Position numbers and translations under genes: made by a program. From Bacillota bacterium (GTDB lineage: Bacteria > Bacillota_I > Bacilli_A > RF39 > UBA660): DNA of 64,000 nt. The stretch spans positions 130,413 to 194,412 of the forward strand of contig SVAP01000001.1 of the NCBI GenBank assembly GCA_015059335.1, in the 5' to 3' direction. Shown one piece after another: positions 55,453 through 64,000 of this stretch; the first letter of the stretch is position 1, and each line of letters opens with the position of its first letter. The notes below the pieces were generated by a model. That model worked only from the letters and a program-made list of their open reading frames with translations. It made no database searches and was not told the origin of the DNA.

Positions 55453-57243
55453 GTGAGTAAAAGATGCGCAATATATGTAAGAGTAAGTACAGACGATCAA
55501 AGAGATAATGGTTATTCTATTGATTCACAACTTCGTATGATTAAAGAATATTGTGAAAAGAATGATTATTCTATTATTGATGTTTATAATGATGCAGGTT
55601 ATTCTGGAAAAGATTTAATGAGACCTGAAATGCAAAGATTATTAAAAGATATTAAGGCAAAAAAGATAGATAAGTTAATTTCTATTAAAGTGGATAGACT
55701 AACTAGAAATAATTATGATGGATTTTGGTTACTTAATTATTGTGAACAACACGATGTAAAAATTGAATTAATATTAGAACCTTATGATGTAGGAACTGCT
55801 AATGGTGAAATGATATTTGGTATGAATTTAGTATTTGGACAAAGAGAAAGAAAAGAAATTGGCGCAAGAACTAAACGAGCTATGGAAGAAATGGCATTAT
55901 CTAAAATACACCCTAGTAAAGCTCCTTATGGATATGTTAGAAATAAAGAAACTGGACATTTAGAAATAGAACCTATTGAGGCACTAGTAGTTAAACAAAT
56001 ATTTGAACTTTGTAAAAATAGAAATTCAACAAGAAATATTGCGAATATTTTAAATGATAATAATGCATATCTAAAAGAAGGAAAATGGAGAGTAGATAGA
56101 GTTTATAAAATACTAACTAATTCTATTTATATTGGAATATTTGAATATGGTAAATACAAACGAAAACAAGAAGATATTTTAAGAGTTGAAAACTATTGTG
56201 AACCAATTATAGATATGAATACTTGGAATGTTACTAGAACTAATTTAGAAAAGAATAAACATCCAAATTATGGAGAACATATACATTTATTTACTTCTAT
56301 TGTAAAGTGTCCAGAATGTTCTAAAATACTATCTTCTACTATATCATATAAATATGATAAAAATAAAAATAGAATCGAACATTATCATTTAACTTGTAAA
56401 AATCCTAACTGTAAATCAAAAGGGTTACATTATAGTTCTGATAAAATCGAAAAAAGATTAGGTCGTATATTAAATGAATTAACTAGGTATATGTATGATA
56501 TGGATAATGAAATTATTGTTTGTAACTCTACTAAATCAAAAGATATTAAAGATATAGATAAAGCAATAGAAAAATTAAAACTACAGGAAAAAAGATTAGT
56601 TGATTTATATATCTCATCAACATTGCCTGTTGATACTATTAATAATAAAAATGAAACTATAAAAAAAGAAATTCAAAAACTAAATAAGAAAAAAGAATTG
56701 TTAAATCCAGATGATGATTTTAAAGGATATGTAGTAGAATTAGTTAAAAAAATAGACTGTGATTATCAAAATAATGAAAATATTATGTTTAATAAATTAG
56801 GATTTTCATTTGTATGGGATAGTCTAAAAAGACAAACAAAAAAGGAATTAATACAAAAACTCATATCAAATTTAGAGATAACTAGAGATAAAAATTATAA
56901 TATTGAGATAAAAAATATAAAGTTTTCTGATGAATTTATATCAAAAAGTAATAAAGAATATCTAGAATATCTTAATGATATTTTACAAAATGATAATATG
57001 GGAATTAAATATCATGAACAAATAAGTGTGGATGAACTATCAAAATATGAACAAAAATACTATGTATATTCATTAAAAAAATATCAAAATAATGAATATT
57101 CTGCTCTAGAACAAGAGGCATTTAATACATTATTAAGTGAACATTTCTATTATGATGGCATTATAAATTGTCCTCTAATAAGCAAAGGAAACATCATTGA
57201 TAACCTTATGCTTATACCAAAAACTAAAATAATTTATGAATAA
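55453..57243 (+). CDS. large serine recombinase (GTG start)
   Basis: CAIYVRVSTDDQ catalytic region, recombinase domain, zinc ribbon CPECS..CKNPNC, coiled-coil. Confidence 0.9.
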   Translation: MSKRCAIYVRVSTDDQRDNGYSIDSQLRMIKEYCEKNDYSIIDVYNDAGYSGKDLMRPEMQRLLKDIKAKKIDKLISIKVDRLTRNNYDGFWLLNYCEQHDVKIELILEPYDVGTANGEMIFGMNLVFGQRERKEIGARTKRAMEEMALSKIHPSKAPYGYVRNKETGHLEIEPIEALVVKQIFELCKNRNSTRNIANILNDNNAYLKEGKWRVDRVYKILTNSIYIGIFEYGKYKRKQEDILRVENYCEPIIDMNTWNVTRTNLEKNKHPNYGEHIHLFTSIVKCPECSKILSSTISYKYDKNKNRIEHYHLTCKNPNCKSKGLHYSSDKIEKRLGRILNELTRYMYDMDNEIIVCNSTKSKDIKDIDKAIEKLKLQEKRLVDLYISSTLPVDTINNKNETIKKEIQKLNKKKELLNPDDDFKGYVVELVKKIDCDYQNNENIMFNKLGFSFVWDSLKRQTKKELIQKLISNLEITRDKNYNIEIKNIKFSDEFISKSNKEYLEYLNDILQNDNMGIKYHEQISVDELSKYEQKYYVYSLKKYQNNEYSALEQEAFNTLLSEHFYYDGIINCPLISKGNIIDNLMLIPKTKIIYE

Positions 57244-57262
57244 ATGAAAGGAATTGATAAAA

Positions 57263-57583
57263 ATGAAAGTAAAATATATAGTAGTTAATAATGATGAAAA
57301 ACAATTAAATAAATATGGATTATTAAAATTAGTTCACATAAAACATAACAAAAAAGCATTATATGAATACCTATTAATGCGTGGTGAATTAAACAATTAT
57401 TTATTTTCAGTTGGTGAAATGGCAGAAGAAAAAGTAAAATTTCTTATGGATAGTTATATTAAAAATGATGAAAAACTGTCTGAAAAAAATAAAGAAATAA
57501 ACCAACTTGAGTGGGTACAATTAATGAATAATTATAAAAACACTGCTGAAGAAATAGTATTAAATGAATTAATTTATGATTAA
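57263..57583 (+). CDS. TnpV-like transposon protein
   Basis: C-terminal LEWVQLMNNYKNTAEEIVLNELIY resembles the conserved TnpV tail (LEW..MNN....A.EIV..E.I.) of Tn4451-type elements; it lies directly after the LSR. Confidence 0.55.
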   Translation: MKVKYIVVNNDEKQLNKYGLLKLVHIKHNKKALYEYLLMRGELNNYLFSVGEMAEEKVKFLMDSYIKNDEKLSEKNKEINQLEWVQLMNNYKNTAEEIVLNELIYD

Positions 57584-57611
57584 AACGAGGAAAAAATTTT
57601 CCTCGTTTTTT
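57584..57611 (+). terminator. intrinsic terminator after the TnpV-like gene
   Basis: ACGAGGAAAA / TTTTCCTCGT stem plus T-run. Confidence 0.7.
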
Positions 57612-57924
57612 AAATTGTTGATTTTTTTGTCTTAGCAAGCACTGAAAATGGACTCCTAACATTTTCAAATTATGGGAAATCCCATACCCTTATTAAAAAT
57701 ACACAAATTTTAATTTAATTTTATATCAAATTAAAAACACTGAGTAATTTTACTGATAGTAAATATATTATCTAATATATATTTATCAAATTTTATAACA
57801 CTAATTAAAAATCAAATTGATTTAATACTACCTTATCTATCATTTATATTGTATCATAAAAATGGCGATTTAATATTTTAAAATTTTATTACTTTTTAGT
57901 TTAAATACTATATTAATTTATGTA

Positions 57925-58119
57925 TTACCCCATAACTTTTGTTTTTTCTTCTTTTAGGATAATCCACGATTCACAAATTAACTCGTCATTTTCATCAAAT
58001 TCACATCCAATTGCTCTAGTTGCAATACTTTCATCAACTATTTTCCCTTTATCGTCAAAATAAGTGATTGTTGCATAAGAACCACCATTAGGTGTTGGTC
58101 CATCCATTTTTTTTGACAT
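57925..58119 (-). CDS. small acidic protein (candidate inhibitor/immunity partner of the metalloprotease)
   Basis: 64-aa ORF; its GGAGGAG SD overlaps the upstream stop; last gene of the operon. Confidence 0.5.
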   Translation of the reverse strand: MSKKMDGPTPNGGSYATITYFDDKGKIVDESIATRAIGCEFDENDELICESWIILKEEKTKVMG

Positions 58120-58131
58120 AAACGTCTCCTC

Positions 58132-59076
58132 CTATTTAAAACTATTATATAATTCAGGACAGATTTTTCTTAATAAATTTGCTCTATTAGGAAAATTGAA
58201 TTCAAAATAATCTTTACCATTTGTACTTATAAGAGCAATAGAGTCAGCAAATTCCTCATCATTTCTCATATTATTATTTCTATTATTATAAGAATCCATA
58301 GAATATTGTGAAACATAACTTTTTTCGGAATCAATCAAATAATTATATCCATACTCCTCTGCATATTTTACTTGAACAATTCTATCTGCCTTCATTGCAT
58401 TGTCCCATTCCTGATTATCAGAAATATGTTTCCTAATGTCACTACCATAATCATAACAATGTGCTGCCTCATGAGCAATTATATAATTGGCGTCACCATA
58501 TTGTGAATTACGTCCAACATATTCATTTTCCCATTCTTGGTAAAATGTAATTCTTGGTTTACCCCATTTTTTATCACTAATTCCACCAGTTGAAGATACT
58601 TTCCCAGATCTGCCGAAAAGATTCCAATACCAATCGCTTGGACAATCTTTTGTTGTAAATACAACTTCTGAAATATTTTTAATTAATACAGGATTTTTAG
58701 AATATATTTCATTTATATCTTTAACGGTTTCATTAAAAATATATTCATTTGAATAATTTTTATCTATATAATATGTTAATTGATTTTTTGAATCCCAGAT
58801 TTCAAATGTTTCAATTGAACTAAAAGTTCCTAATTGTATTTTTTTAGTTCCTATATAATTGCAGTCTGGATTATTTATCAAAAAATTTATTAATAACTTA
58901 TCATCCTTTGAAATGCTTGGATATTTTTCTAATAGACTTTTAACTTTTGAATCTGTTGTAGAATCAAGTGATATGGTTTCTATATTCTTATTTAATGCTT
59001 CAAATGATTTATCTACCATTTTAGCCACATGGTTAACACCATTTGATATACCTGTTATTATTTTTTCCATTGCCAC
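58132..59076 (-). CDS. HExxH zinc metallopeptidase, anthrax lethal factor/PPEP-like motif set, helical N-terminus
   Basis: IIAHEAAHCYDY plus downstream NDEEFADSIA (candidate third ligand Glu). GTG 59076 lies 7 nt after GGAGG. Confidence 0.5.
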   Translation of the reverse strand: MAMEKIITGISNGVNHVAKMVDKSFEALNKNIETISLDSTTDSKVKSLLEKYPSISKDDKLLINFLINNPDCNYIGTKKIQLGTFSSIETFEIWDSKNQLTYYIDKNYSNEYIFNETVKDINEIYSKNPVLIKNISEVVFTTKDCPSDWYWNLFGRSGKVSSTGGISDKKWGKPRITFYQEWENEYVGRNSQYGDANYIIAHEAAHCYDYGSDIRKHISDNQEWDNAMKADRIVQVKYAEEYGYNYLIDSEKSYVSQYSMDSYNNRNNNMRNDEEFADSIALISTNGKDYFEFNFPNRANLLRKICPELYNSFK

Positions 59077-59190
59077 AATAAAACCTCCTAACTGTTTATT
59101 TTTTATATAACTCAATTATTAACTATTGTTCTATTAAAAGGAAAATTTGTATTTGGTTTTTTTATTTCAAATTATAAACTCAATTAATTC

Positions 59191-59433
59191 TCATATTTTT
59201 CTATTTATGCTAGGTATTATACTATTATTTATTTCAGAAATAATTTTTTTTGAATTACTATATACAGATTTTATTTCAGATTCATTAAATATTTTGTCAT
59301 CAACTAATAGTGTATCTTCTATTGAATTTATTACTTTATTATTATATGTACTAAGTCTTGATATTTTATTTCTAATGTTTATAACATTATTTTTTAATCT
59401 AATGTATTTTCTTCTTATAATTTCTTCATCCAT
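59191..59433 (-). CDS. small all-helical protein (T7SS chaperone/partner-like)
   Basis: 80-aa coiled ORF tightly packed in the operon. Confidence 0.5.
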   Translation of the reverse strand: MDEEIIRRKYIRLKNNVINIRNKISRLSTYNNKVINSIEDTLLVDDKIFNESEIKSVYSNSKKIISEINNSIIPSINRKI

Positions 59434-59448
59434 GTTTTATCATCTCCA

Positions 59449-59751
59449 TCATATAATATCATCAAAAATATTTGCCACTGTGGTTTTATTTTCTCTGTAT
59501 TTTAATAAGGTTTTATCAAGAACATCAATATATTTTGTATGGATTTTATTTATTATATTTAACTTATTACTTAATTCTAAATATAAATCATATAATTTTT
59601 CACTGTTATTTGTATCATAATTATAATTAATCTCATTTAAATTATCAGATAAAGCATCAAAGTTTATTTGTTCTTGATTCTTATAAAATATTATTTTTTT
59701 AATACTACTTTCAATTTCAGATTCATTTAATATACTTTTCATAATAGTCAA
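59449..59751 (-). CDS. small all-helical protein (T7SS chaperone/partner-like)
   Basis: 100-aa coiled ORF behind AGGAG. Confidence 0.5.
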   Translation of the reverse strand: MTIMKSILNESEIESSIKKIIFYKNQEQINFDALSDNLNEINYNYDTNNSEKLYDLYLELSNKLNIINKIHTKYIDVLDKTLLKYRENKTTVANIFDDII

Positions 59752-59754
59752 CTC

Positions 59755-60315
59755 CTAAATATAATTTGAAACATTGTTTTCCTTAAGTAATTCAATACTT
59801 ATTTTAGATAATTTTAAATTTATTTCTTTTTCTATTTCTTCAATATATTCTAGTTTATTTATTATATTTTTTTTAATTTTTATTAAACTATTTTTAATGC
59901 TTTTAAATTGATTTCTTTGGTTAATTAATTTTTGTCTTTCATAACTACAAAAAGATAAATCCAAATTATTATATAATTTTATTATTTCATCTATTTGATT
60001 TATATATGAATTGAAACTATTTATCAAATAAGTTCTACTATTTAAGTTAAATGTAATTTTATTACCAATTTGACTATATTTATTAATTAAATAATTATAT
60101 ACTTCTTTGAGTTGTTTTATTTCCTCAACATTTAATTGAATTTTAAGTTTGTAATAGTCTGCATCATTAAAAAAGTTAATTGAATTACCATCTTGCCAAT
60201 ATGATGATGCCTTTTTAATTTCGTTATATAAATTCAAATAATTATTTTCATATTCATCAATTAAAGTATTTAACTTTAATATTTCACTTTTAATAATCAT
60301 TATATTAATTTTCAT
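59755..60315 (-). CDS. helical protein with WXG-like segment
   Basis: ..KKASSYWQDGNSINFFND.. resembles the W.G...F turn of WXG100/LXG-type helical hairpins; the rest is coiled-coil. Confidence 0.45.
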   Translation of the reverse strand: MKINIMIIKSEILKLNTLIDEYENNYLNLYNEIKKASSYWQDGNSINFFNDADYYKLKIQLNVEEIKQLKEVYNYLINKYSQIGNKITFNLNSRTYLINSFNSYINQIDEIIKLYNNLDLSFCSYERQKLINQRNQFKSIKNSLIKIKKNIINKLEYIEEIEKEINLKLSKISIELLKENNVSNYI

Positions 60316-60391
60316 ATTGCCTCCTATTTTCTGCTAAATACAGAATAAATTATTTTATAATTTATTCCATATTTAGGAAAAAATATTTTTC

Positions 60392-61039
60392 CTAACCTTG
60401 TTGTCCAGCAAATGCTTCTGCAACTTTTCCTGCAGTATCAGAGTAAGCTGTAACAGTATTATCAATTGCTGTTTTTGAACTGTTTGTAATTTCTTGTACA
60501 GCATTATCAATATTAGTTTTAATTGTACCTAATGAATTAATCAAACTACTTGCTTGATTCCCACCCATGAAACCACAATTTTGTACTGCATTTTGTGCAC
60601 TAGTTAGAGCTGTTTTTGCTGATTCTGCAATTATTGGTAACTTACTTGAAACACTATTTGCGTTTTCTTTATCGATACCTCTAACTCCTCCAATGTTTTC
60701 TTGAATTCCACTAATATCCATTGTTTTAGATATTACAGAAAATTGATATGGTGAGTATGATGACTCTGTATCAATTGCCCATTGTTGAGCAGCACTATTC
60801 ATAGCTCGTACAACACTTTCAAATATTCTATTTGAATTATTAATTAAACTATCAATTGATGGTTTAAAAGCTTCGTTAAAGAATCTTTGTGCTTGATTAC
60901 AAGCCCATTTATCAGACATACCTCCTATAAATTGTGTTTGCATATCATCACCCAATGCTTGAATTAAGTTTTCGTATGCTCCTTTTACTGCTCCTATTGA
61001 AGTTCTTACTACTTCCGGATCGAATCCTGTTAATGCCAT
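60392..61039 (-). CDS. Ala/Ser/Gln/Asn-rich helical secreted-protein candidate (WXG100-superfamily-like)
   Basis: 215-aa ORF behind GGGAGG. DKWACNQAQRFFNEAF central turn, no Cys-rich or TM features, and visibly more G/C-containing codons than its neighbours. Confidence 0.4.
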   Translation of the reverse strand: MALTGFDPEVVRTSIGAVKGAYENLIQALGDDMQTQFIGGMSDKWACNQAQRFFNEAFKPSIDSLINNSNRIFESVVRAMNSAAQQWAIDTESSYSPYQFSVISKTMDISGIQENIGGVRGIDKENANSVSSKLPIIAESAKTALTSAQNAVQNCGFMGGNQASSLINSLGTIKTNIDNAVQEITNSSKTAIDNTVTAYSDTAGKVAEAFAGQQG

Positions 61040-61113
61040 ATATCTTACCTCCCTTTACATATATATTAATAACAGATATTTATCTGCATTAACCAAAATT
61101 TATTTAAAAATAA

Positions 61114-62091
61114 CTATGATATATTAGATATTACTATATCAAAACGGGTATCATTTAATTCATTGTAATTAATGTAATATTTTTTACCCCACGAACTTAC
61201 TGTAATTTTATCTTGGTCAACATTGGTCACAAAAACAGCGTGTCCTCCTACACCAAATGAATTGGTATTAACATATCCATTTTCGCTATACATATTTATA
61301 CCATTTCCTCCAGAATTTGCTGATAAAATTATAGATTTACCATCATTAAATTCATTAATAAGGGTATCTTTCAATTTATTAATTTCTTCATTATCATTTT
61401 CACTAAAAAGTAAATTCTTTGTAATATGTGATGTTTGAGTATATTTCAATCCTTTTGAATTTAAATACCATTCCTTTATACTTGGGGTATCTAATATCCT
61501 TTGTTTTGATAAATCAATTGTGTTATTACTATCTTTGCTACTTATATATAAATTATTATTTTCACTAACTTGGAACAATGTTCCTATATTGCATGATATA
61601 AATAAATCTATTAATAATTCTGAACTATTTAAAATCTTTGTTCCGTCATTTAGTTTTATATACATATCAAATCCAAACTTATTTTTAAATGCTTCTTCAT
61701 CATTTGCGAAATGTGTAAAAATTTCATTTGCAAATGCTGCATAAGTACAAGCACCTGCAGAATCCATATTAGTCATAATTTGATATGAATCAATATAATT
61801 AAAATTATATTTGTTTTGAAGTTTATCTAATATTCTTGGTGCTTCATTTATATATTTATTTTCGTTATAAACTTTATTTGTAATTCCTTGATCAACTCCA
61901 TAATTTCCATTTCCGAATTGTTCAAAGAAATTATCTGCAATAAAACTATTTTTAACATCATTTGTTGTAAAACTTAAAACATCCACAGTTTCAACTTTAT
62001 TTATTGCTGTATTTGTATTATATTGATTTGAGTTATTATAAGACGGATATTCAATATTAACATTTGAAACAATCTTATTTATATTATTCAT
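61114..62091 (-). CDS. papain-fold (Cys/His) protein, paralogue of 62979..64000
   Basis: DSAGACTYAAFANEIF (Cys) and GGHAVFVTNVDQDKITVSSWG (His) align with DDAGACSYASTCNEIF and SGHSVLITGVTDEGLIVSSWG. Confidence 0.55.
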   Translation of the reverse strand: MNNINKIVSNVNIEYPSYNNSNQYNTNTAINKVETVDVLSFTTNDVKNSFIADNFFEQFGNGNYGVDQGITNKVYNENKYINEAPRILDKLQNKYNFNYIDSYQIMTNMDSAGACTYAAFANEIFTHFANDEEAFKNKFGFDMYIKLNDGTKILNSSELLIDLFISCNIGTLFQVSENNNLYISSKDSNNTIDLSKQRILDTPSIKEWYLNSKGLKYTQTSHITKNLLFSENDNEEINKLKDTLINEFNDGKSIILSANSGGNGINMYSENGYVNTNSFGVGGHAVFVTNVDQDKITVSSWGKKYYINYNELNDTRFDIVISNIS

Positions 62092-62129
62092 ATAGCCACC
62101 TTCTTATTATTTTGATTTGATAACATTTA

Positions 62130-62408
62130 TCAATTTATATCTTTATTTATTGAATTTAACTTTTCTTTAAATAGTTTTTCTTCTTCATCAACAAATCCAA
62201 AGTAATATACTTGTTCTATTTGTGAATGGTCAAATAATAATGTGCTATTAGTAGATATTATTCCTTCAGGATATAAACAACCTGAGTAATCATAAACTTT
62301 AGTTTTATCATTATCAGATATTGAACAAAACCCTGTTATCATTATTCTTTTTTTTGCATCCTTTAGTAATACTACCGTACCTATTGGTAAATACTTTTGA
62401 AATTTCAT
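62130..62408 (-). CDS. DUF4176 domain protein
   Basis: YLPIGTVVLLKDAKKRIMITGF....YDYSGCLYPEG....LFDHSQIEQVYYFGFVDEEE matches the DUF4176 pattern found in Firmicute T7SS loci. Confidence 0.75.
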   Translation of the reverse strand: MKFQKYLPIGTVVLLKDAKKRIMITGFCSISDNDKTKVYDYSGCLYPEGIISTNSTLLFDHSQIEQVYYFGFVDEEEKLFKEKLNSINKDIN

Positions 62409-62426
62409 CTTGTACCTCCAATTTCA

Positions 62427-62966
62427 TTAAAATTTAATTGTTTTTGTTTCATCACAAGGAATAACTGCTAATTTAATATGTTTTTCCTTTGATAATTTAT
62501 CTTGAATATAATTTAATTTGTCATAAACAATTTTAGTTGTATGGTGTGGATTTTCACTATCATATTTCTTAAAATGACATACAAAAGTTATTGCATCACT
62601 AGGAACAAGGTTATGTGGATTTAAAACACCATATCCTATATATTTATTGTTCTTAGAATCAAATAAAATTTTTTTCACATTGTCAATTAAGAAATTATTA
62701 ACTTCATCAATATCATAAATTTTATCGATTTCATTTAAATCACACGAAAAATATTGGTTAATTTTTTCTTTTTCTTCCACTGTTAAACTATCTAGATTAA
62801 CTTTATTAAACAAGAAAAAATATTCACTAATTATTGGCATTTGACCTGTGGTTATTGTTTTGGGTTTAACATTATTAGATTTAAAATAATCGTCAATTTC
62901 TTTTAAATCCAAACATTCATACAACAATTTCATATATTGATGTTTTACTTTATCTTCAATTTTCAT
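62427..62966 (-). CDS. hypothetical protein (candidate immunity protein)
   Basis: ORF immediately downstream of the papain-fold gene; ATG 62966 lies 8 nt after AAGGA. Confidence 0.45.
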   Translation of the reverse strand: MKIEDKVKHQYMKLLYECLDLKEIDDYFKSNNVKPKTITTGQMPIISEYFFLFNKVNLDSLTVEEKEKINQYFSCDLNEIDKIYDIDEVNNFLIDNVKKILFDSKNNKYIGYGVLNPHNLVPSDAITFVCHFKKYDSENPHHTTKIVYDKLNYIQDKLSKEKHIKLAVIPCDETKTIKF

Positions 62967-62978
62967 TTTTATCATCCT

Positions 62979-64000
62979 TTAATTAGTACATATATCAGAA
63001 CAATATATATAACAGTTTTTATCAAATTTTAAATCACTAACAGGAATATGATATTTATGTCCCCAAGAGGAAACAATTAAACCTTCATCTGTTACACCAG
63101 TTATTAATACTGAATGACCAGAACCTTCACTCCAAGTTGTTGTATCTACACTAGCGCTAGCATTCTCATCATATGATTGCATATGTATATTAGTTTTTCG
63201 GTCTTCATAATTAGGATTATAATAATAATCTAATGTAATAGATTTTCCTTCTTCTAGTTGCTTTGATATTGCGTAAATACAATGATTAGCATCTGTAATT
63301 AAAAGTTTAGATGTTTTATAATCCAAAGATTCTTCTTTACTCTTTAAAAACTTTTCTATTACTTCTTCATTCTTATAATCACTTGACATATATACTTGGT
63401 GCTCACCAACATCAATTAAAGTTCTACCTAACGGATCAATCTCATTTGATAATAAATTCTTATTTATTTTTCCATCTTTCCATAATTTTCCACCATTTTT
63501 TTCATCATTAGCATATAAGTATAAATCTAATAACAGTTCTGGACTATTTAACACTTGATAACCTTTTGTACTTGTTATATACATATCATAGCCAAACACT
63601 TCTTTAAATGCCTCTGGATTATTAGAAAATTGATGGAAAATTTCATTACATGTTGAGGCATATGAACAAGCTCCAGCATCATCTATAAGAGTTAAAATGA
63701 ATTCTGAATCTTCTTCAGAAAATCCATATTCCTTTACTTTATTTACTAGTTTTTCATATGTTTTTGGTGATAATATAACAGGGTTAAATATTGGTAGGGG
63801 TTCTCCATTTTTCTTTGCTTCATTAATTAGTGCTCTGGCATCATAATAGGTATATTGAGTACCATTATATTCATATACACATAAGTTATACATCTCACCT
63901 TGATTAACACCATATCTACCAGGATAGTTGAATCCTTCAAAAAATTCATAAGAATTTTCTGCTTCTTCTAACTCAATTTTTTGTACTTTTTCTTTATTAA
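62979..64000 (-). CDS. papain-fold (Cys/His) protein, probably the C-terminal part of a larger polymorphic-toxin-like protein whose start lies beyond the window
   Basis: The frame stays open upstream of the track ATG 63893 to the window edge (..NKEKVQKIELEEAENSYEFFEGFNYPGRYGVNQGEMYNL..). EFFEGFNYPGRYGVNQG aligns with NFFEQFGNGNYGVDQG inside the paralogue. Confidence 0.55.
   Translation of the reverse strand, partial: NKEKVQKIELEEAENSYEFFEGFNYPGRYGVNQGEMYNLCVYEYNGTQYTYYDARALINEAKKNGEPLPIFNPVILSPKTYEKLVNKVKEYGFSEEDSEFILTLIDDAGACSYASTCNEIFHQFSNNPEAFKEVFGYDMYITSTKGYQVLNSPELLLDLYLYANDEKNGGKLWKDGKINKNLLSNEIDPLGRTLIDVGEHQVYMSSDYKNEEVIEKFLKSKEESLDYKTSKLLITDANHCIYAISKQLEEGKSITLDYYYNPNYEDRKTNIHMQSYDENASASVDTTTWSEGSGHSVLITGVTDEGLIVSSWGHKYHIPVSDLKFDKNCYIYCSDICTN

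Larger units (their letters stand above)
54886..64000 (+). mobile_element. serine-recombinase island 2 (extent uncertain; may be only the 54.9-57.7 kb LSR/TnpV module or may include the effector operon)
   Basis: Same left-end architecture as island 1, a TnpV-like gene as in clostridial Tn4451-type elements, then accessory toxin-like genes. Confidence 0.35.

Noticed and set aside
59147-59620. 157-aa plus-strand ORF overlapping the small helical genes
   Set aside because: Its translation is Phe/Ile/Leu low-complexity and it has no SD. The minus-strand genes have SDs, tight spacing and coiled-coil-like sequences.

Overview
Very AT-rich, standard-code, low-GC Bacillota-type chromosomal DNA in four blocks. 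(1) 1-17.57 kb is the right-hand part of an integrative conjugative element (ICE). It holds a VirB4 tail, an M23 hydrolase, a MobC-like/relaxase pair with a candidate oriT, a VirD4-type coupling protein and Fic. A tightly linked array of small accessory genes follows (DUF4314, ArdC-like and others), then excisionase and tyrosine integrase. The element ends at tandem arm-type repeats and a 3' remnant of tRNA-Trp. (2) 17.57 to about 25 kb is an island led by a large serine recombinase (LSR). It contains a repeat-rich non-coding region and an operon of unknown genes punctuated by a repeated structured element. (3) About 25-54.8 kb is ordinary core genome: CBS-pyrophosphatase, feoAB, pta, mscL, rubrerythrin, cell-wall enzymes, uvrA, lgt, trxB, murC, tex, lemA, uppP and others. 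(4) 54.8-64 kb starts with tRNA-Gly(UCC), followed by a second LSR module built like the first plus a TnpV-like gene. A minus-strand operon of type VII secretion-style effectors runs off the window edge; it contains DUF4176, WXG-like helical proteins, two papain-fold paralogues and an HExxH metalloprotease with small partner genes. Main observations: six ICE genes seem to initiate at ATA behind strong Shine-Dalgarno sites. The accessory cassettes share a conserved linker in which the stop codon is embedded in the next gene's SD. Both LSR genes sit behind homologous small ORFs and leader-peptide/terminator attenuators next to tRNA 3' ends. A roughly 75-nt element recurs after unrelated genes. 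The T7SS-like toxin island has unrecognised toxin domains. All functional calls come from motif recognition by eye; no searches were run.
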